Of a stretch of DNA of 64,000 bases, positions 27,273-41,700 are shown piece by piece. Under the pieces are notes generated by a model. That model ran no database searches, was not told where the DNA came from, and worked only from the letters and a program-made list of their open reading frames with translations. Position numbers and translations under genes: made by a program. Positions within the stretch are counted from its first letter, which is position 1. Every line of letters starts with the position of its first letter. Location: positions 682,001 through 746,000 of the forward strand of contig NW_025765536.1 in the NCBI RefSeq assembly GCF_003918875.1, given 5' to 3'. Origin of the DNA: Haliotis rubra. Its lineage: Eukaryota.

Positions 27273-29629
27273 AATACTATTTATGGAAAGTTAAAAAAAC
27301 TTGTGAAGAAAAATGTAAAGAAAATATATGTAAGTGTTTAGACACGAAACATGCCCCACCATCTGGTGCATCTACAACATCATCAACAGGAACATAAAAC
27401 AGCTATAAACATACATCTGCTACACTTAAACCCACTTTCTTTGTACATTAACCATGGATAATAAGCTCAAAGCTGATCATTTATGTACTTAAATACCACA
27501 ATGTCATGTTTGTGAAGAAAAGAATCCCACCAAAGTTCACTCACAGTTGGTTAAAAAACACAAGAAAAACAAACAAATAGTTTGTTGTCTTGCATAATAT
27601 CATATTACAAGTAATAAAGTTTTATTGCCTGTGACCACAGCAATGAATATAGGTTCACAATAGACAATATCATGTATATAGAATATCCTTGACATACCCC
27701 CAAACATCAACAGCGATCTGGATCAACGGATATCTTCCACGGAGCTGTTTAATGTGATTAACAGGCAGAACACTACAGGTTAAGGCAGATTACGGTAAGA
27801 AATAACAAGCCCACAATCAAATGCAGAAGACTCAACAGATCACGAAGAGGCATAAATTTCTCCTTGTTTTGAAGCCAGCAGATGGTAACAAACTTTGAGG
27901 CGTATAAAAACAGCTTGTAAAGTCCGAGAGACAATTTCCAACAGCCTAATGTCCCATATACATGAGCTGGAAGACATTAGTAAAGCTGGGAGGACGAAGT
28001 TAGTCCATCCTCATCATCAGCAGTTGATCATGTAGTCAGGTATGCATGCTGATGGTTTCAGCAGAGAGTTACATATATCTGAGAATATTGTGCTGTTAGT
28101 CTAACACAGCTAGGGCAAAGTCTAAGCTGCCGAAGGACTCGCCATCCTGTCTGTGGTAATCATTCTCAAATATTCCTATTCAAGGTCTACAATATACAGT
28201 TTTACATTGTTTTAGCACAAACAATTATTTTCTGCATGGTATAAATATAATTCTGAAGCTGACATCATCAAGGAATATGCTTGTCTACATGCCAAACCAC
28301 AGACGTGTAAGGTGTCATTATCTATTGAATTCATGAACACAGGAAAAAACTGAAAAAGGCTTCACTAAAAATTTAAATAAGCCAAATTGTGTTGACAATG
28401 ACCTTTATAATATACAGGATGTGTTGATTAATACCCCAACCCAAACCAAGCCTTCTGCTGACATTGACGCCATTGTCTGACAGCTTGGAACAATTCAGCA
28501 GAGATTTACCATAAAGCTCTGTACTACCAATTCCGACAAAGGTCACAAGAATATGGAAGGCTTGTCCCAACCTTATGTGAAAAACTTGATGGTTGGGTTA
28601 ATTAAATGCAAGTTCTTCCTGAATAAACATTTTGAGCAAATCACCAAGTTTATCTATCTTAACAATGTTTATCTATCGTCAAATGAGCACCACACAAACC
28701 TATAATCACGTAAGTATGGTAAACGATGGCTTAATGCTGCTTCATCCTGATCGACAGGCAAACAACCAATTCTGATCAATGACTAAACACAATAAAGCTG
28801 TCATTGCAAGCACACGCTACAACTTTTTATTCCACCAAATGCCCACCACAAAGGAGTAAATTCAACCTTTATCTTCAGACCCCATTTTTGAGCAGTTTTT
28901 GGAAAGGTCTATGTGCTGACCAGAATCAATAGGCGCAAGAAGGCGAGAGCTATGGTAGATTTATTGCTGATTGTTCCGATAAATCTTCCCAATGGTTTCA
29001 GTCCCTGATCAATAACAAGTTTCACATTTACACTTGTATGATCCCCATGTTTAATGAGGAACATCTGAATTTAAACCCACAAAACAAAGTGAGCAGGAAC
29101 TATTGCAGCCATCGCATGAGCTGACTCATCTCTCACTCATCCAAAACACAGTGTTGTGACGAAGTTCTATGTAAATCATGTTTAGAGATTATATTTGCCT
29201 CCAACTGTGGAAACTTATAGATTTCTGGATGTTACAATCTCCAAATCTTGTAAACAAAATTGAAGAGCATCGCGTGATTTATTTGGCCTTTTCAGTCTCC
29301 CAAGTGCAGACATTCTTTCTTGTGACATTTATTTTAGTGGTAGGGTACTAAAGCTTGCCATAAAAGATTAAGTAGCCAATACATAAGGCAAACAGCCTGG
29401 CTTATGCTGGAACAATATTTATGATATAGAAACATTAAAGTCTGACTTGAAAATGAATATTCACTTGGGAGGATGAAACACTCTCCTCAGGAAAGAAAGT
29501 AACACCAGAAAATCTATCAACTTTTTGAGGAATAATATACGTCTATCAGTGGTGTTCTGAAATTGTTCCACTGGGAATACAAGGTTTGGCATCCTGTCAA
29601 TGACATCTTGCACTGTATCGTTATTTAGC

Positions 29630-29791
29630 GGGCAGTGGGGTAGCCTAGTGGTTAAGGCGTTTGCTCGTCACGCCGAAGATCCGGGTTTGATTCCCCACAT
29701 GGGCATAATGTGACAAGCCCATTTCTGGTGTCCCCCGCCGTGATATTGCAGGAATATTGCTAAAGTGGCATAAAACTTAACTCACTCACTT
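29630..29791 (+). mobile_element. tRNA-derived SINE, family A
   Basis: A box tagcctagtgg, B box ggtttgattcc. TSD gttatttagc at 29620-29629 and 29792-29801. Confidence 0.92.
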
Positions 29792-29887
29792 GTTATTTAG
29801 CATAGAATGCATCCAGCACTCTTGATTGCATAGTGTCACGCTTCAGTCTCATGTCTGAAAACTATTTATTTTATATTTATCTCTTAC

Positions 29888-29949
29888 TTGACAACTGTTT
29901 GTTCAGACGTTGCCTTCTGGATATGTACCGGTAATAATGTATGAAACAT
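29888..29949 (-). CDS. Candidate alternative first coding exon (MFHTLLPVHIQKATSEQTVV+AA), phase-2 donor
   Basis: ATG at 29949, 20 codons + 2 nt, then CAA|GTAAGA. Confidence 0.25.
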
Positions 29950-30982
29950 TCAAGAATAGTGTTAGTGGAAAACACAAATTAAAATTAAAACTGAACCCAA
30001 AGTTGAGCGAAGCCTTTTATCCAATCAAAATCATTCAAGAACCCATGGATCGTGAACTGGAGCCTAAATAGGAGCTTTTGAGCAGTATCTGTACCACAGT
30101 TAAAATTACAGTCTGAACCATAGTCTAACATGATGGTCTGAACCAGAGCCATATTTTCAGTCAGAACCAGTCAAACATTGCAGTCTAAACCATAGTTTAA
30201 GATGGATCCTCTACTGAAAACTAAATTTGGGTCTGAGCCAGTCTAAATTTATATCTGAACTGATGTAAAAATAAAAAAGTCAACATTTTTAAGTGCAGAG
30301 GTCTGGACCATATAAATAATTCATTGGCAGATGAACAGCAACAAAAACTGAAATGAAAACCCTCCACAAAAACAGACTCAAAAGTCAAAGTTAAAACTGA
30401 GAACTGAGAATCAGATTGAGGACGATTCAGTTATGATGTCTTTGTCCTCGGTACAAAAACTTATACAAACACGATTATTAGCCCGAACGTCCACGAACTG
30501 CTAGCCATGCAAGTCAGCATAAACAATGATAATCCCATTACGCCATGCTGGTATTTCATGTGACATGTGACTGCGGGATAACATATGTGGCACCGAGACA
30601 TAACCACATAGCCCATGTATTAGCAGAAAATCCTGATGTGTCAGACCAGCCCAGACAGGGTTGTTTGTAAGCCATGTTGACAGTGTTGCCTGCACTAAGT
30701 CAGTTATGGCATGAGAGGTATATGGAGTTGTCATGCTCACATCTGCTGGCAGACGGTGCTGTATGATTTACACACAAAACTACTTACACCTCATGTAACA
30801 TTGTTATTTGGTTGGTCATACAGACCTACTGGAATACCATCCATGCCAGGCCTTCCAGGATGAAACATCTTTCACTGCTAAGCTGGATTACTTAGCATCA
30901 GCAGTCATCCAAGTCCAGGCGATTCAAAATTAGTAACAGATTGAAACAAATATTTTTTTAAGCACATACTATTTAATAGAAG

Positions 30983-31219
30983 GACATGTGAAGATCCAGG
31001 TTAGAATTGGTCTTCAGCAACCCATGCTTGTTGTAAGAGGTGACTAACAGGTTCAGGTGGTGAGGCTAGCTGACTTACATGTCATCGTATCCCAATTGCG
31101 GAGATCAATGTTCACGATGTTGATCACTGGATTGTCTGATCCAGACTCGATTATTTACAGACCGCCACCATGAAGCTGGAATATTGCCGAGTGTGGCATT
31201 AAACAACAAACCAACCAAC
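30983..31219 (+). mobile_element. Near full-length family B retroposon
   Basis: B consensus with a small internal deletion. Tail aaacaacaaaccaaccaac. Confidence 0.9.
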
Positions 31220-31523
31220 TTTAATGAAGAACACCGTATCAATTTTATGTGACTATAGCTAATATCATAGCTGTAGGTTCTTGCTACACACAGCCTTTAA
31301 ATATTGGATGTTTTCTAACTTGTGGGTTGTATGAAACACAAGGGAGCCCAGAGAATCACTTTAAAAACTTCACAAAGTATTGTAGACATACTTCAGATGC
31401 CTTTCTTTTTTTGTGTGTATTCATGAAAAACATTACTGAATTTCTCTAGAAACCTTCATTTAAGTAACTCTACACACTTTTCATGAATGCATCACTTTAG
31501 ATAAAAGACTAGTACATGCTTAC

Positions 31524-31867
31524 CCTTTTTGTGAACACCTGGTGTCATCAATGATTTTCCGTGATCCATTAATATCATGTTCATATTGCATTTTATGCCC
31601 AATGGAATCAGTTACATGAAATACAAAACAAGAGTACAGAACACTGGAATCACAAGTCAAACCAGTGAAATCCAACACCTTGTTCTGATGGGCCGTGTCT
31701 GGAACTGATGGAGACAATTGAGGAACGTACCGAAATGTCAATACAGATCTCTCTCCCACGAATGTCGGCACATTGCAAGGAGCAATTACGCAACTTATGC
31801 CACCATAGAGCCAAACACAATATGGTAAGCTAATTACAATGACCTCCATAAACATGTCTGGTGCCAT
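31524..31867 (-). CDS. Candidate alternative first coding exon (114 codons, MAPDMFMEV...RCSQK+GG), phase-2 donor
   Basis: One of the longest true ATG ORFs in the window. It ends exactly at a strong donor AGG|GTAAGC, with its stop lying inside the donor GTAA. No domain recognised. Confidence 0.35.
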
Positions 31868-33285
31868 TACTCAATGCAATTCTGCAAATGGTCTGCCAGT
31901 CAAAGAGTTATGACACTGACATTACTGTATATGACTACAGTCAGATGAGAATTACACACTTGCTGGAATTCTTGGAATATGTTCACTGTCTGGTTGGAAC
32001 CAGTGGTGCTTATCAAATTAACCATTATTGAGACTGACCAAAAGATGAAGAGAATGCATCATTTGACATTCATTCAGTATTGTCATGGTTACGAGAATAT
32101 TGTCTGTAAGACCAAAGGAAATGGCAATTAGTGCATTGGGACAATTTCACAAGTGGCCAATAAACACTGCTAGTGGTCATCTTGGTGGCCAGTGGTCAGT
32201 GTCTTCTATGCCTAATTTAATGTCTAAATGGACATTTGGAACCTTATGGTAGCTAAGAGACCGAGACAAGTACACTACATTGGAATGCTTAAGATAAGCA
32301 TAATGTCAAAAGTCAAAAGAAACTAGGTTATATTCTAAATGAGTATATTCTCATGTTACCCAAATCCAATCAGACAAACCTCACATTTATACCACAGTGT
32401 ATGACTCTGTCAATAGATGATATCATATTTCAACAACATGTCTATCATAAACTCACAGAAAGAGACAAAAGAGTCAAAACATTTTGCCATGTTCTTCACA
32501 GGGACAAAAACGGACACATTTTGCTTGGGATGAATGGAAACAGGTAATTTTTATGCCAACCTCACCAAACAACCAATTACGGTTAAGTGGTTCATTGTCA
32601 TGCATGGTATGCATGTGCATGTCTGGTTGTGCAAACACTGGCACATGTGCATAGGTGCACCATCTCCGGAGGACAATATATCTTGTACACATGCAAGTCC
32701 TTCATTTCTGATGACACAGCTGTACCTCGCTAGCCAGGTTTTCCAACATCTTACAATCACCATACTACTCCCAAGACAGGTGCCTTGTAACAAAAACAGC
32801 TTCATTAGAAAGTCTCTGTACAGATCGAAATACCATTTGGCTTCAGGACCAGATGTAATTTAATCAATTAATGTCAGCGTGTTTGGCAACTGGAACACCA
32901 TCTATCACAGAGTAACACACAAACTTGTCCACCAAACAGTGGGCACAAACGTCACTTCTAATCAAAATGGACGCACAAGTGTTTTCAGTTTTCGATACAA
33001 AAGGAACAACACTGATATCATTTGACAGCACATTGGGAAAATATTGGCAAAATTTTTAGAGGAATCCACTTTACAAAATGTGCTGCCTGACTGTAAGTGT
33101 GATATTAAAAGGACACATCCATGATAGTTTGGTTAAACTGTAATTTCATATGCTTGTTGCATGGAATCGCTTAATAACATTTTTCAAATGATATCCAAGT
33201 ATTGAATGTTTGCACTTTTCACAAAGTAAGATACATCTAAAATATTTTTAATATTGTCCCCAAAATTGTGGCAAGTAGGCAAAGA

Positions 33286-33459
33286 CTGACTGACTGACTG
33301 AGTTTGGTTTTACGCCGCCGCTTTTAGCAATATTCCAGCAACATCACGGCGGGGGACACCAGAAATGGGCTTCACACATTGTACCCATGTGGGAATTCGA
33401 ACCCGGGACTTCGGCATGAGGAGCGAATGCTTTAACCACTAGGCTACACCATCGCCCCT
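33286..33459 (-). mobile_element. tRNA-derived SINE, family A
   Basis: Reverse complement of the consensus with (AGTC)n tail. TSD aggcaaaga at 33277-33285 and 33462-33470. Confidence 0.92.
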
Positions 33460-35598
33460 ACAGGCAAAGAAAACGTGTAAAGAAATAACAATTTTCAAGC
33501 AAAGCTTACAGTTACATAAATTTGAAATATCTTCGAAGTCTTTGAATAAACATAACTATAAAGTAACTGGCATCCACCCATCACATCGGGACATCATCAA
33601 CGATCTCCACAGAGAAACATACATGACTTGGTGAGCAAAGTATATTATTTCCCAACTTGCTTTTACAAAAATGCTTAGAGGCAAATTTTCCTAAAATATA
33701 ACCACTGCTGCGGCCAAGTCCACGATCTGACAGAAAGGAACAAATAAACAAACCATGTCATAACAAACACCATCCCCTGGCACCACATAAAATCTACATG
33801 GGCTTATCCTTAGGGGCCTGTTAACAACAGTGAACCATAACAGCGCCACCTATGTGGGCTTATCCAGGTATCTCGTTCAGGGCAGTTTGGTGTAACAGCG
33901 CCACCTATGTTGTAACTCCTGCTGAGATAACTCAGTGTGACTGTCTCGTATGTTGTGGGCAAATCAGAAGGAAATCAGCTTTTGTAAGTACAGCAAAAAC
34001 AATCCAAAAGCTACTGACAAATATTTATGATCCAATGTTTCCTTGCATGTCCTGTTTTTATACAGATTCTGGGTAATCTTACAAACATTTCTCCAAATAT
34101 AATATTTTCACATCAAATTTTGTATAAACATTTTTAAGTGTTTATATGCATTTGTTCATTTTATACAATATTGTTTAAACAACCTCTATTTTGTGTAAAA
34201 GCTTTGATAAATTTCAAACATTTCCTTAACTTAATAAGAACTGCATAGATTTGCCTAATTTCTGATGATTATGCTAAATGGACATAACTCATTGTGATTG
34301 ACAGAGTTGATTTCCTGTCATCAATCAATCCTTAATCAACTAATGAACGTCCAGCAGACTAATCAGTATTATTAGCTCTAAATGTCTGACCTCAATCTCA
34401 TACCTACATTCCTCTGGTCAGTTCACAATTCAGCCTCCTAACAATCCATACCTTTCTGTTTATTAACCCACTAAACTTCCTTCACACAGATGAGACGTCT
34501 GTAAGCCCCTTAGCCTGATTTCCGTTACCACCCAGTGAGTCTGTCTCTAGCTGTTTCACATCCCATACTACCATCTATATACACATTCGTCCTCATTCAT
34601 ATCTTCCATACTGAATTAAAATAAATTAAATTTTTAAAATAATTGAACAAAATTGATTTGACTATAATACAACCTTCAAAGGTGTATATCAAACGAAAGA
34701 CCATTCTTTGTAATATATATTGTGAAAATATGTTGCTGAATTGAGTTTTGGGCCTCTTAAAGTAAAAACATTTATAATGAAAAAATAATAAAAATTAAAT
34801 TTCAATATATTTTAATGAAAGAAATGGATAGTCTATAAAGAAAATCTAAAGAAATGGCGGTGTATTTGGACAGGATGCTAATGCTAAAAAAAGGAACATA
34901 TTTCTCTCAAAAACAGCATTCCCATCATCTGTTCTCCCCATTCTTTAAGTTCCAAACATTAAACCATTAAAAAAATTCCAAACACGGCACCAAAGAGAAC
35001 CAGCTTTCAGCACCCACCCCATGACCAGTTTTCAGTCTTCATTTAAACGAAATCACTGATTTACCCAACACTCAGTGCCAACATTCGTTGATGAAAATGT
35101 TTGTAAACAAAAAAACAAAAAATCCATCTACCATTAAAGCTATATTCACACCACCTCCTCGGCAACAACATGTGTGCAACAGAGTTCATTATTGAGTAGA
35201 TCCATGCTGACTGTTAAACAAACAAGGCCCACTGTTCCACATCTTTAATTTTTTCAGTTTAATTAACTGCATAAGCTATTGGTCCTTCCTCAAATACTTG
35301 CCTAAAACCTATTATACCACATACCTTACCGCCATCGGAGTGGACGGGGTGCTGAACTGGGGGCCTTTCTTTTAAAGTCTCAAAATAGGATATGTACCAG
35401 GATTGGACATGGGTCTAGAGAGGCATATTGAAGTTGGTATTCAAGTATAAGATGAAATAAGTATAAGAAAGCTAATCAGGTGAAATGACGAAGGGCATGG
35501 AAAAGTGCTGAAACATTGTGTATACAATAAAGAAAAAGTTGACATCCATAATATTTTGTCTTATATTTGATCTATCTTATCTTTAGGTTTATCTTCCT

Positions 35599-35772
35599 GG
35601 GCCTAGATTTTCGAAGCTTTCTTACCGCTAAGATAGACGTAAGTCTATGTTAATGTATGCCATACATCTTGGCTAACATAGACTTACGAGATTTTCGATC
35701 TTAGCGGATAAGAGAGTGCCATACATTAAGATTAGCTACGACTATCTTAGGCTAAAAGAGCTTCAAAATCTA
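35599..35772. mobile_element. Palindromic hairpin MITE
   Basis: Ends tagattttcgaagct ... agcttcaaaatcta, with internal inverted arms cgtaagtctatgtta / taacatagacttacg and repeated cttag(c)gctaag-like palindromes. Confidence 0.75.
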
Positions 35773-38700
35773 ACAAATTTGTTCTCACCATATTTCAAGT
35801 AGATAATGATGGATCTGAATATGCCTACCAAATGTTGAGTGGTATATTATGAATGTACCATATACACGTAATACCATCGTGTGATATAGCAGCACTGTAG
35901 GTTTATGTTCCTTTGATTATGTAAGATTTTGAGTTACATGATTGTTTTACAGTAATGTTTCATATCATCATACATCAGTATAATGTTGGGAGAGAACCCA
36001 AACATCCCAGATTACAGACATGTGTTATTTTAAAACCTACAATCTGGGAGTTGAATCTGTGATCAACAGATCCTGCCACCAAAGGGAGGCAACCCTGTAC
36101 TGTGTGTTGATGTTCCTTATATCACTAGGCCATACTCTGTTATTTCTTTTCAAAAAGAGGTAAGTGATAAGGATACAAGGGCAGATGGAGACGGTGACAG
36201 AAATGTCACCGGGAAGTGCTGTCACCAGGATCCACATATTCAACACCTATACCACTGATTTCATGAGTGAAATCACTACACCAACTTTACCGACATGTTC
36301 AACTTGAGTATTGTCAGATACAGGCCTCAACAAGTCTAGCTCAATTCCCTGAAGTGACTGATTTGGGTAATGTTTACGCAAAATCCAAACTGAAAGTTTA
36401 ATTATAATTGTATTTTAATTTAAAAAACACATCATATTAAAAACTCAATTTTTAGAAAACTGTTTAAGTTAGTGGTGTTCAATGACTTTCAAGCAACAAA
36501 AACATTAAATATCCTTGAATCTGACCTCTCCTAGTTACCCTCATTTCAAATACCAGTAAACATCCCCATCTACTGAAGGCATGTGAGCTGATGTAGGTGG
36601 CAGTTAGCCCTCGGATAACCACTTGGACGATTACCTGATATTGGAGATGTCTGAAGGCTTCAATTAATGCTAGTCAGCTTCAAAGTGCCCCTGTGTAAAC
36701 AATCCTCTCAACAATATGTCATCCACTTAAATATGTTACTTATCTTCATCCCGTTGTTGGATACCGAGTTTGGAGGAACCTGTTCATCTTCACAATGAGA
36801 TGATCACAGTTTGTGGTCCATCCTCTTAATGCAGGAAAACATGCTTCCCTGGATTCAAATACGTTTTCACAGCATGTTAATTACTCCCAAACTTTTAATC
36901 ATGCTTGTGATGAAAATGAGCTATGCTGAAATTAGCACTGATGACAGAAAAAAATGTTGCCGATAATTCAAAAGTGCATCAGTTTAAAAATTTAATTTGA
37001 AAATATTTTAAACACGAATTTATAGCATTGGTCTGCAGGCATTTTAGAAGTGAAGGTCACCTTTATACTCCAATTTTAATTTGGTAAAAGGAATGTGTTT
37101 AATAATGATATTAACAACTGCAAAAATATCAGCATTGATTCTAAATCATCAAGGGGCATAGTTGTGGTAATGGTTTTACTGCAGATGGAAGTACAAAGGG
37201 TTCATATTTCCAGGGTCATCTTGAAAGAAAGAAACACCCCACCAAAGATCTTGTAATTATGAAGCAGTTAAGCGATACATGATCTACAGGGCTTCATCAT
37301 CACAAAGAAACATTTTCTTGCTGGGACTCAGTATCTCAAAGTTGTCATCCATGTACATTGTTTTCCTATCATTCTCTTGGACATAAATAAATCTATCATG
37401 ATATTCAGAATACTCTCCTCAAATGGCAATAAATATTATTGTTAAACACATAAATATGCCATGTCTCAAGAAAAGTAAACATATCAATGTTATTGAATGA
37501 TTCTACATTGGTATAGCTGAACCCAATTTCTTGCCACAAAGACGTTTTAACAATTAAAAACAAAGTGTGACAAAGATTTAGTGCAAATTCCCCCATAAAG
37601 TCCTAAATGGCTGCATTGGTTGTGCCGAAAAGTTAGTCTCTAGTTTATTTAAAACAGCATGGTGACAAGTTAATGTCGACAATATGTCACTTGGTGACCC
37701 TAACCTGTCATCTACTGGACTGGTCCACTGGGAACACAGGTAAATGTAGCTAATACTACTGGTAGCCTCAAACATGGAATGCAATAAATATAAACTGAGA
37801 ATTAATGTTTAAGGCGAAAGTTGTTTCTTCAGCGATATGGGCTCATTATCAAGCAAGTATTTCACTATTGATGGTATGAGAGTAGACAGCCATTGATAGA
37901 CGAGTAACCATATTGGCTAATGAGAACTAAAGACTAATGCTTCATGTGGGAAGGTTTGTAGCAATGACCTCTGCAGTAGTGGATGATGATTATGATGTTG
38001 TCATTAACTGGATCATAACATCATTTTTATACATTTTCATTTCATGCATATTGTTTTGCAGTGAGTGTTTTGGAGATAGTACTTTAAAAACTGATGTTTA
38101 ATTCATGTACAGGTAGTAGTGCCAGTGTTAAAGAGACAGATACTGATACTGCTTCCAAAAAACTACTTCCATCAATACTGAATAAAAAAGGTTCAGGATC
38201 ATTTATCAGAGGATATTTTTTGTAGAGAAAACTGAGCAAACATTTTTATAAAAAAAATCCTCAAGAATATTCATGACTTTTTCTGTTCTGTATATTAATT
38301 ACTATTATAATGGAGGTGATTCATCTAAAAGGGACTATGAGAAATGTGTTAAGGAACACTTTTTTCCTGTGTAGGCTTTACAATGAGTTATATCTGAGCT
38401 AAGATCAGCAATATGTTTCTGAGATAGATTCAGCTTCAGAAAGCTAGTTCCAAATGTTGACGTAATTAACACTTTAAACCAAGGGCAGCCATGCTGGAAC
38501 CTCATCCAAATCAACTAATGACTATAATTAGATTATCAAGTTCAATACTCTGTCATTTAAAGACCAGGTAAAAAAACAAATGCCAAGGTAAAGATATACG
38601 CATCAAGGACAGATGTTCAGAGAAAAATGACAGGAACTTTGAACAATTACATTATTTTTCAAAATATTTAAAACGTAAATAATAGCTTTCTGACCTTGAG

Positions 38701-41700
38701 CACTGAAGAAATACAACAAGCTTTTATAAAGGGTTCTTTTGGCTGTCCTGCTGCACAATTTCGAAAAAAATATAAAAATGTTGTAACATCATTCCCTTTC
38801 AGAAAATAGAACAGAGCAGATTGTTATGTTCAAACAAGAAAATCAATATCAGCATGTATAGCTTACATTGGAGAGGGACACACCAGTTAGCGACATTTGC
38901 AGCATGTCAAGAAACGAGGCCTGCCTTGGATGAACCTGTTCACTGACAGCCTGTTTGCATTTTTTCATCCTCAAAGAGTAATTGACAATTTAAAATTTAC
39001 TTTTAATGGTTAGGTAAAATTGATGCTACATGATGATGAGACAAGAAAAGAGGATTTTCTGCAGGGATTTTGAATGCATGGTGATGCTATGGATGTCTCC
39101 ATCAGAGGGCACCCTGACATGGCTCTATACTGAATATGCTGCATATAGTGGGCACTGTATATTATGGACCGGGCATCAGTTTGAATAGAATGGTGTTGTG
39201 GACACCTTTCTGTATGAACATGTTTGAGGAAGCATTATTAGAAGTAATGTGATCATAACAACAATGCAATAAGAATATCTTCCCTATTGTGGACACCTTG
39301 ATATTATGGACACTCTCAGATATCTTCACTGCATGATTGTATTTGGAAGCAAATTACTGTATAGAAAATGACTTACGATTAACTCTAAACCAAGGGTCAA
39401 AACAAATTGCTACCGGCACAAAACATTTGTATTTTGAAAAAAAATGCATATGTCAGCAAATATTTTCTGTGCCATCTAGAATGAAAACAAATTATCGAAC
39501 CCATTTTTACATTAACAGATCGTATATACTGCAATGCTTCGGTACGGGGATATCATGTAGACTGCATCAGAAGCTTTCTGTTTAAATACAGCTGATCGCT
39601 AATGGTGCATCTTATCACCAGCACAGGCAAGTGAATACTCCATCATACACTTAACAGCTGCAGAATCAAGGCTCCACATGACATCATATAAAATAGCTGC
39701 ACAATCACAGGCGACACAGATGATGATGTTGCAAATACCAAGAGAACATTCATACAACAGCTGACCAACCTGAATCCTGCACCGATCAATTGTGGAACTC
39801 TCCTGGGTTGGAGTCACAAAACGGCATTTCCTTCGAAGGCCCTGACATTTTACCTATGGCCATATTCATCTGTGTACACATTGTTGATGCCACGATGGCT
39901 AATGGTCACCAGTTGATCAGGAAGTAATCTACAGCAATGGAAGACACATCCAACATTCCTGGATGCTGTCATGGATGCTGCGCCATAGAGTGTCATCTCA
40001 CCACCATACTGCCATCCCTAAGCCTAGGCTTGGATGTGTATTCTCTATGTCGAGACAGTACCTGTCTAACAATGATTGAACACGAAGCCACACATCCGAA
40101 ACAATTACAAGGAAAAGTCTCAATGCCAACTAATTACTGATAATTCGACAATTGGGTTGTTTTGTCTGGACCCAGATTCATAATCGCTTTTTCATTGATT
40201 TTGAAATTTCAACTATGAATCAAGGACAATCTGTTAAAGATCAAATAAATTAAAATCTCTTTAGCTATGAAGAACAATATTCAAGTTTAATTGGTGTTCT
40301 CTGATTTAAAGAAGAGCAATTAACAAATCCAGGAGAACAGAGAAAAGTGTTGCATTTTAACAAAGTAAATTTCTAGCTTTTTGTCATCAAAGCATAAAAG
40401 GGTCAAGTTAAATGTTTAACAAACGTCCTCTCGTGTGATAGGTCGTCTATTGCATTCATGTGATTGGCATTATCTGCACGTCTATATCTGGATTCATTGG
40501 GTGGTAATGATGACAAAGCATGACGGTGTTAAGCATGACATAACATCATGTCAAATACCCAGCTGTTCATGTCAACATGACATAGCTAAAGCCCAAGGCT
40601 AATTTTCAAATTGATATGATTACAATATAGCTTGTTAAATTTCATCATTGAAAAGATGCCAAATGTGACGAATAAAAATTTTCAATTCTCTTTCATGTCA
40701 AACTTTGCATTTTAAGTTCAAATTCTCCCTAAAATATTCAGTTTCAAATTGGATTCTATTTATTGAAACTCTGAGATAATTGTCATTTTTTCTTGAGACA
40801 TTGTCTGTGCTGTGAGTCTGTTTTCTATTAGCTCACTTCCATGTGTCTGAGCACTGTTGCTAATGACACATTCAAATAAAACAACATTTTCCCAAATATA
40901 AAGAACATAAATTAAAAGCGTGCAAACTGTCACGAACACAAGAGCAAGAATTGTCACAACAATGAAATGGTTCAGCCACCATGTGACACAACGCATCATG
41001 GCATAAGAAAGTAAATAAAAATAACAGAACATTCAACATGTCATTTGTCACATATGTTTAAAAAGTCAACAAAGCAGCTTCAATCAGGAATTCTCAACAA
41101 ATTGAAGCTTTATTCCCCAACAGAACATCTTTAAGAACTTAATGCTGACTTTCAGAGCCTCAAGCTCATGATGGCCAGGCAATGACATTGTGTCAACTTG
41201 TTACAGGTTTCTGTTGTTGAAATCCTCCAGTAGACTTTGTTGACTAGTCTTGACATGTGTTTGTTTCGCAAATGATGTTGTTGACAGGATGCAAAGGAAT
41301 GTGAAAGAGTCTTGCCGCAAAACTTTCTCAAACTTGCAAAAACCGCTCCAACCTGCTCCATCTCAGTTATCAGCTTGATTTGGACACCGACCAACCCTTT
41401 CACCTCGCATCAAGTCGTGTGTACAGATGCTCCTAAGGGAGCAGAGACAACGGAAACACCAGACGAGAAACACAAAGTACAAACAAGATAAGCCCCAAGC
41501 ACTTCGGGCACGTTTCTGGAAATAGATTAGGAATACACTGGTTCTTCAGGTAAAGACAGCTAGTCCCACAGCACTGAGCTCAAATACTGGCTTCGGAAAG
41601 AACAGGTGCTGTAAGCCTTCATCAACAACCGTGCAGAAAAAGTCCATACATAAATAATACAACCAGCACACGACTTGCACTTGGAGATAGCCAGGGAGTC

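Noticed and set aside
29630-29700. SINE heads as tRNA genes
   Set aside because: No proper acceptor stem or poly-T terminator. They continue into SINE body and tail and are flanked by TSDs.
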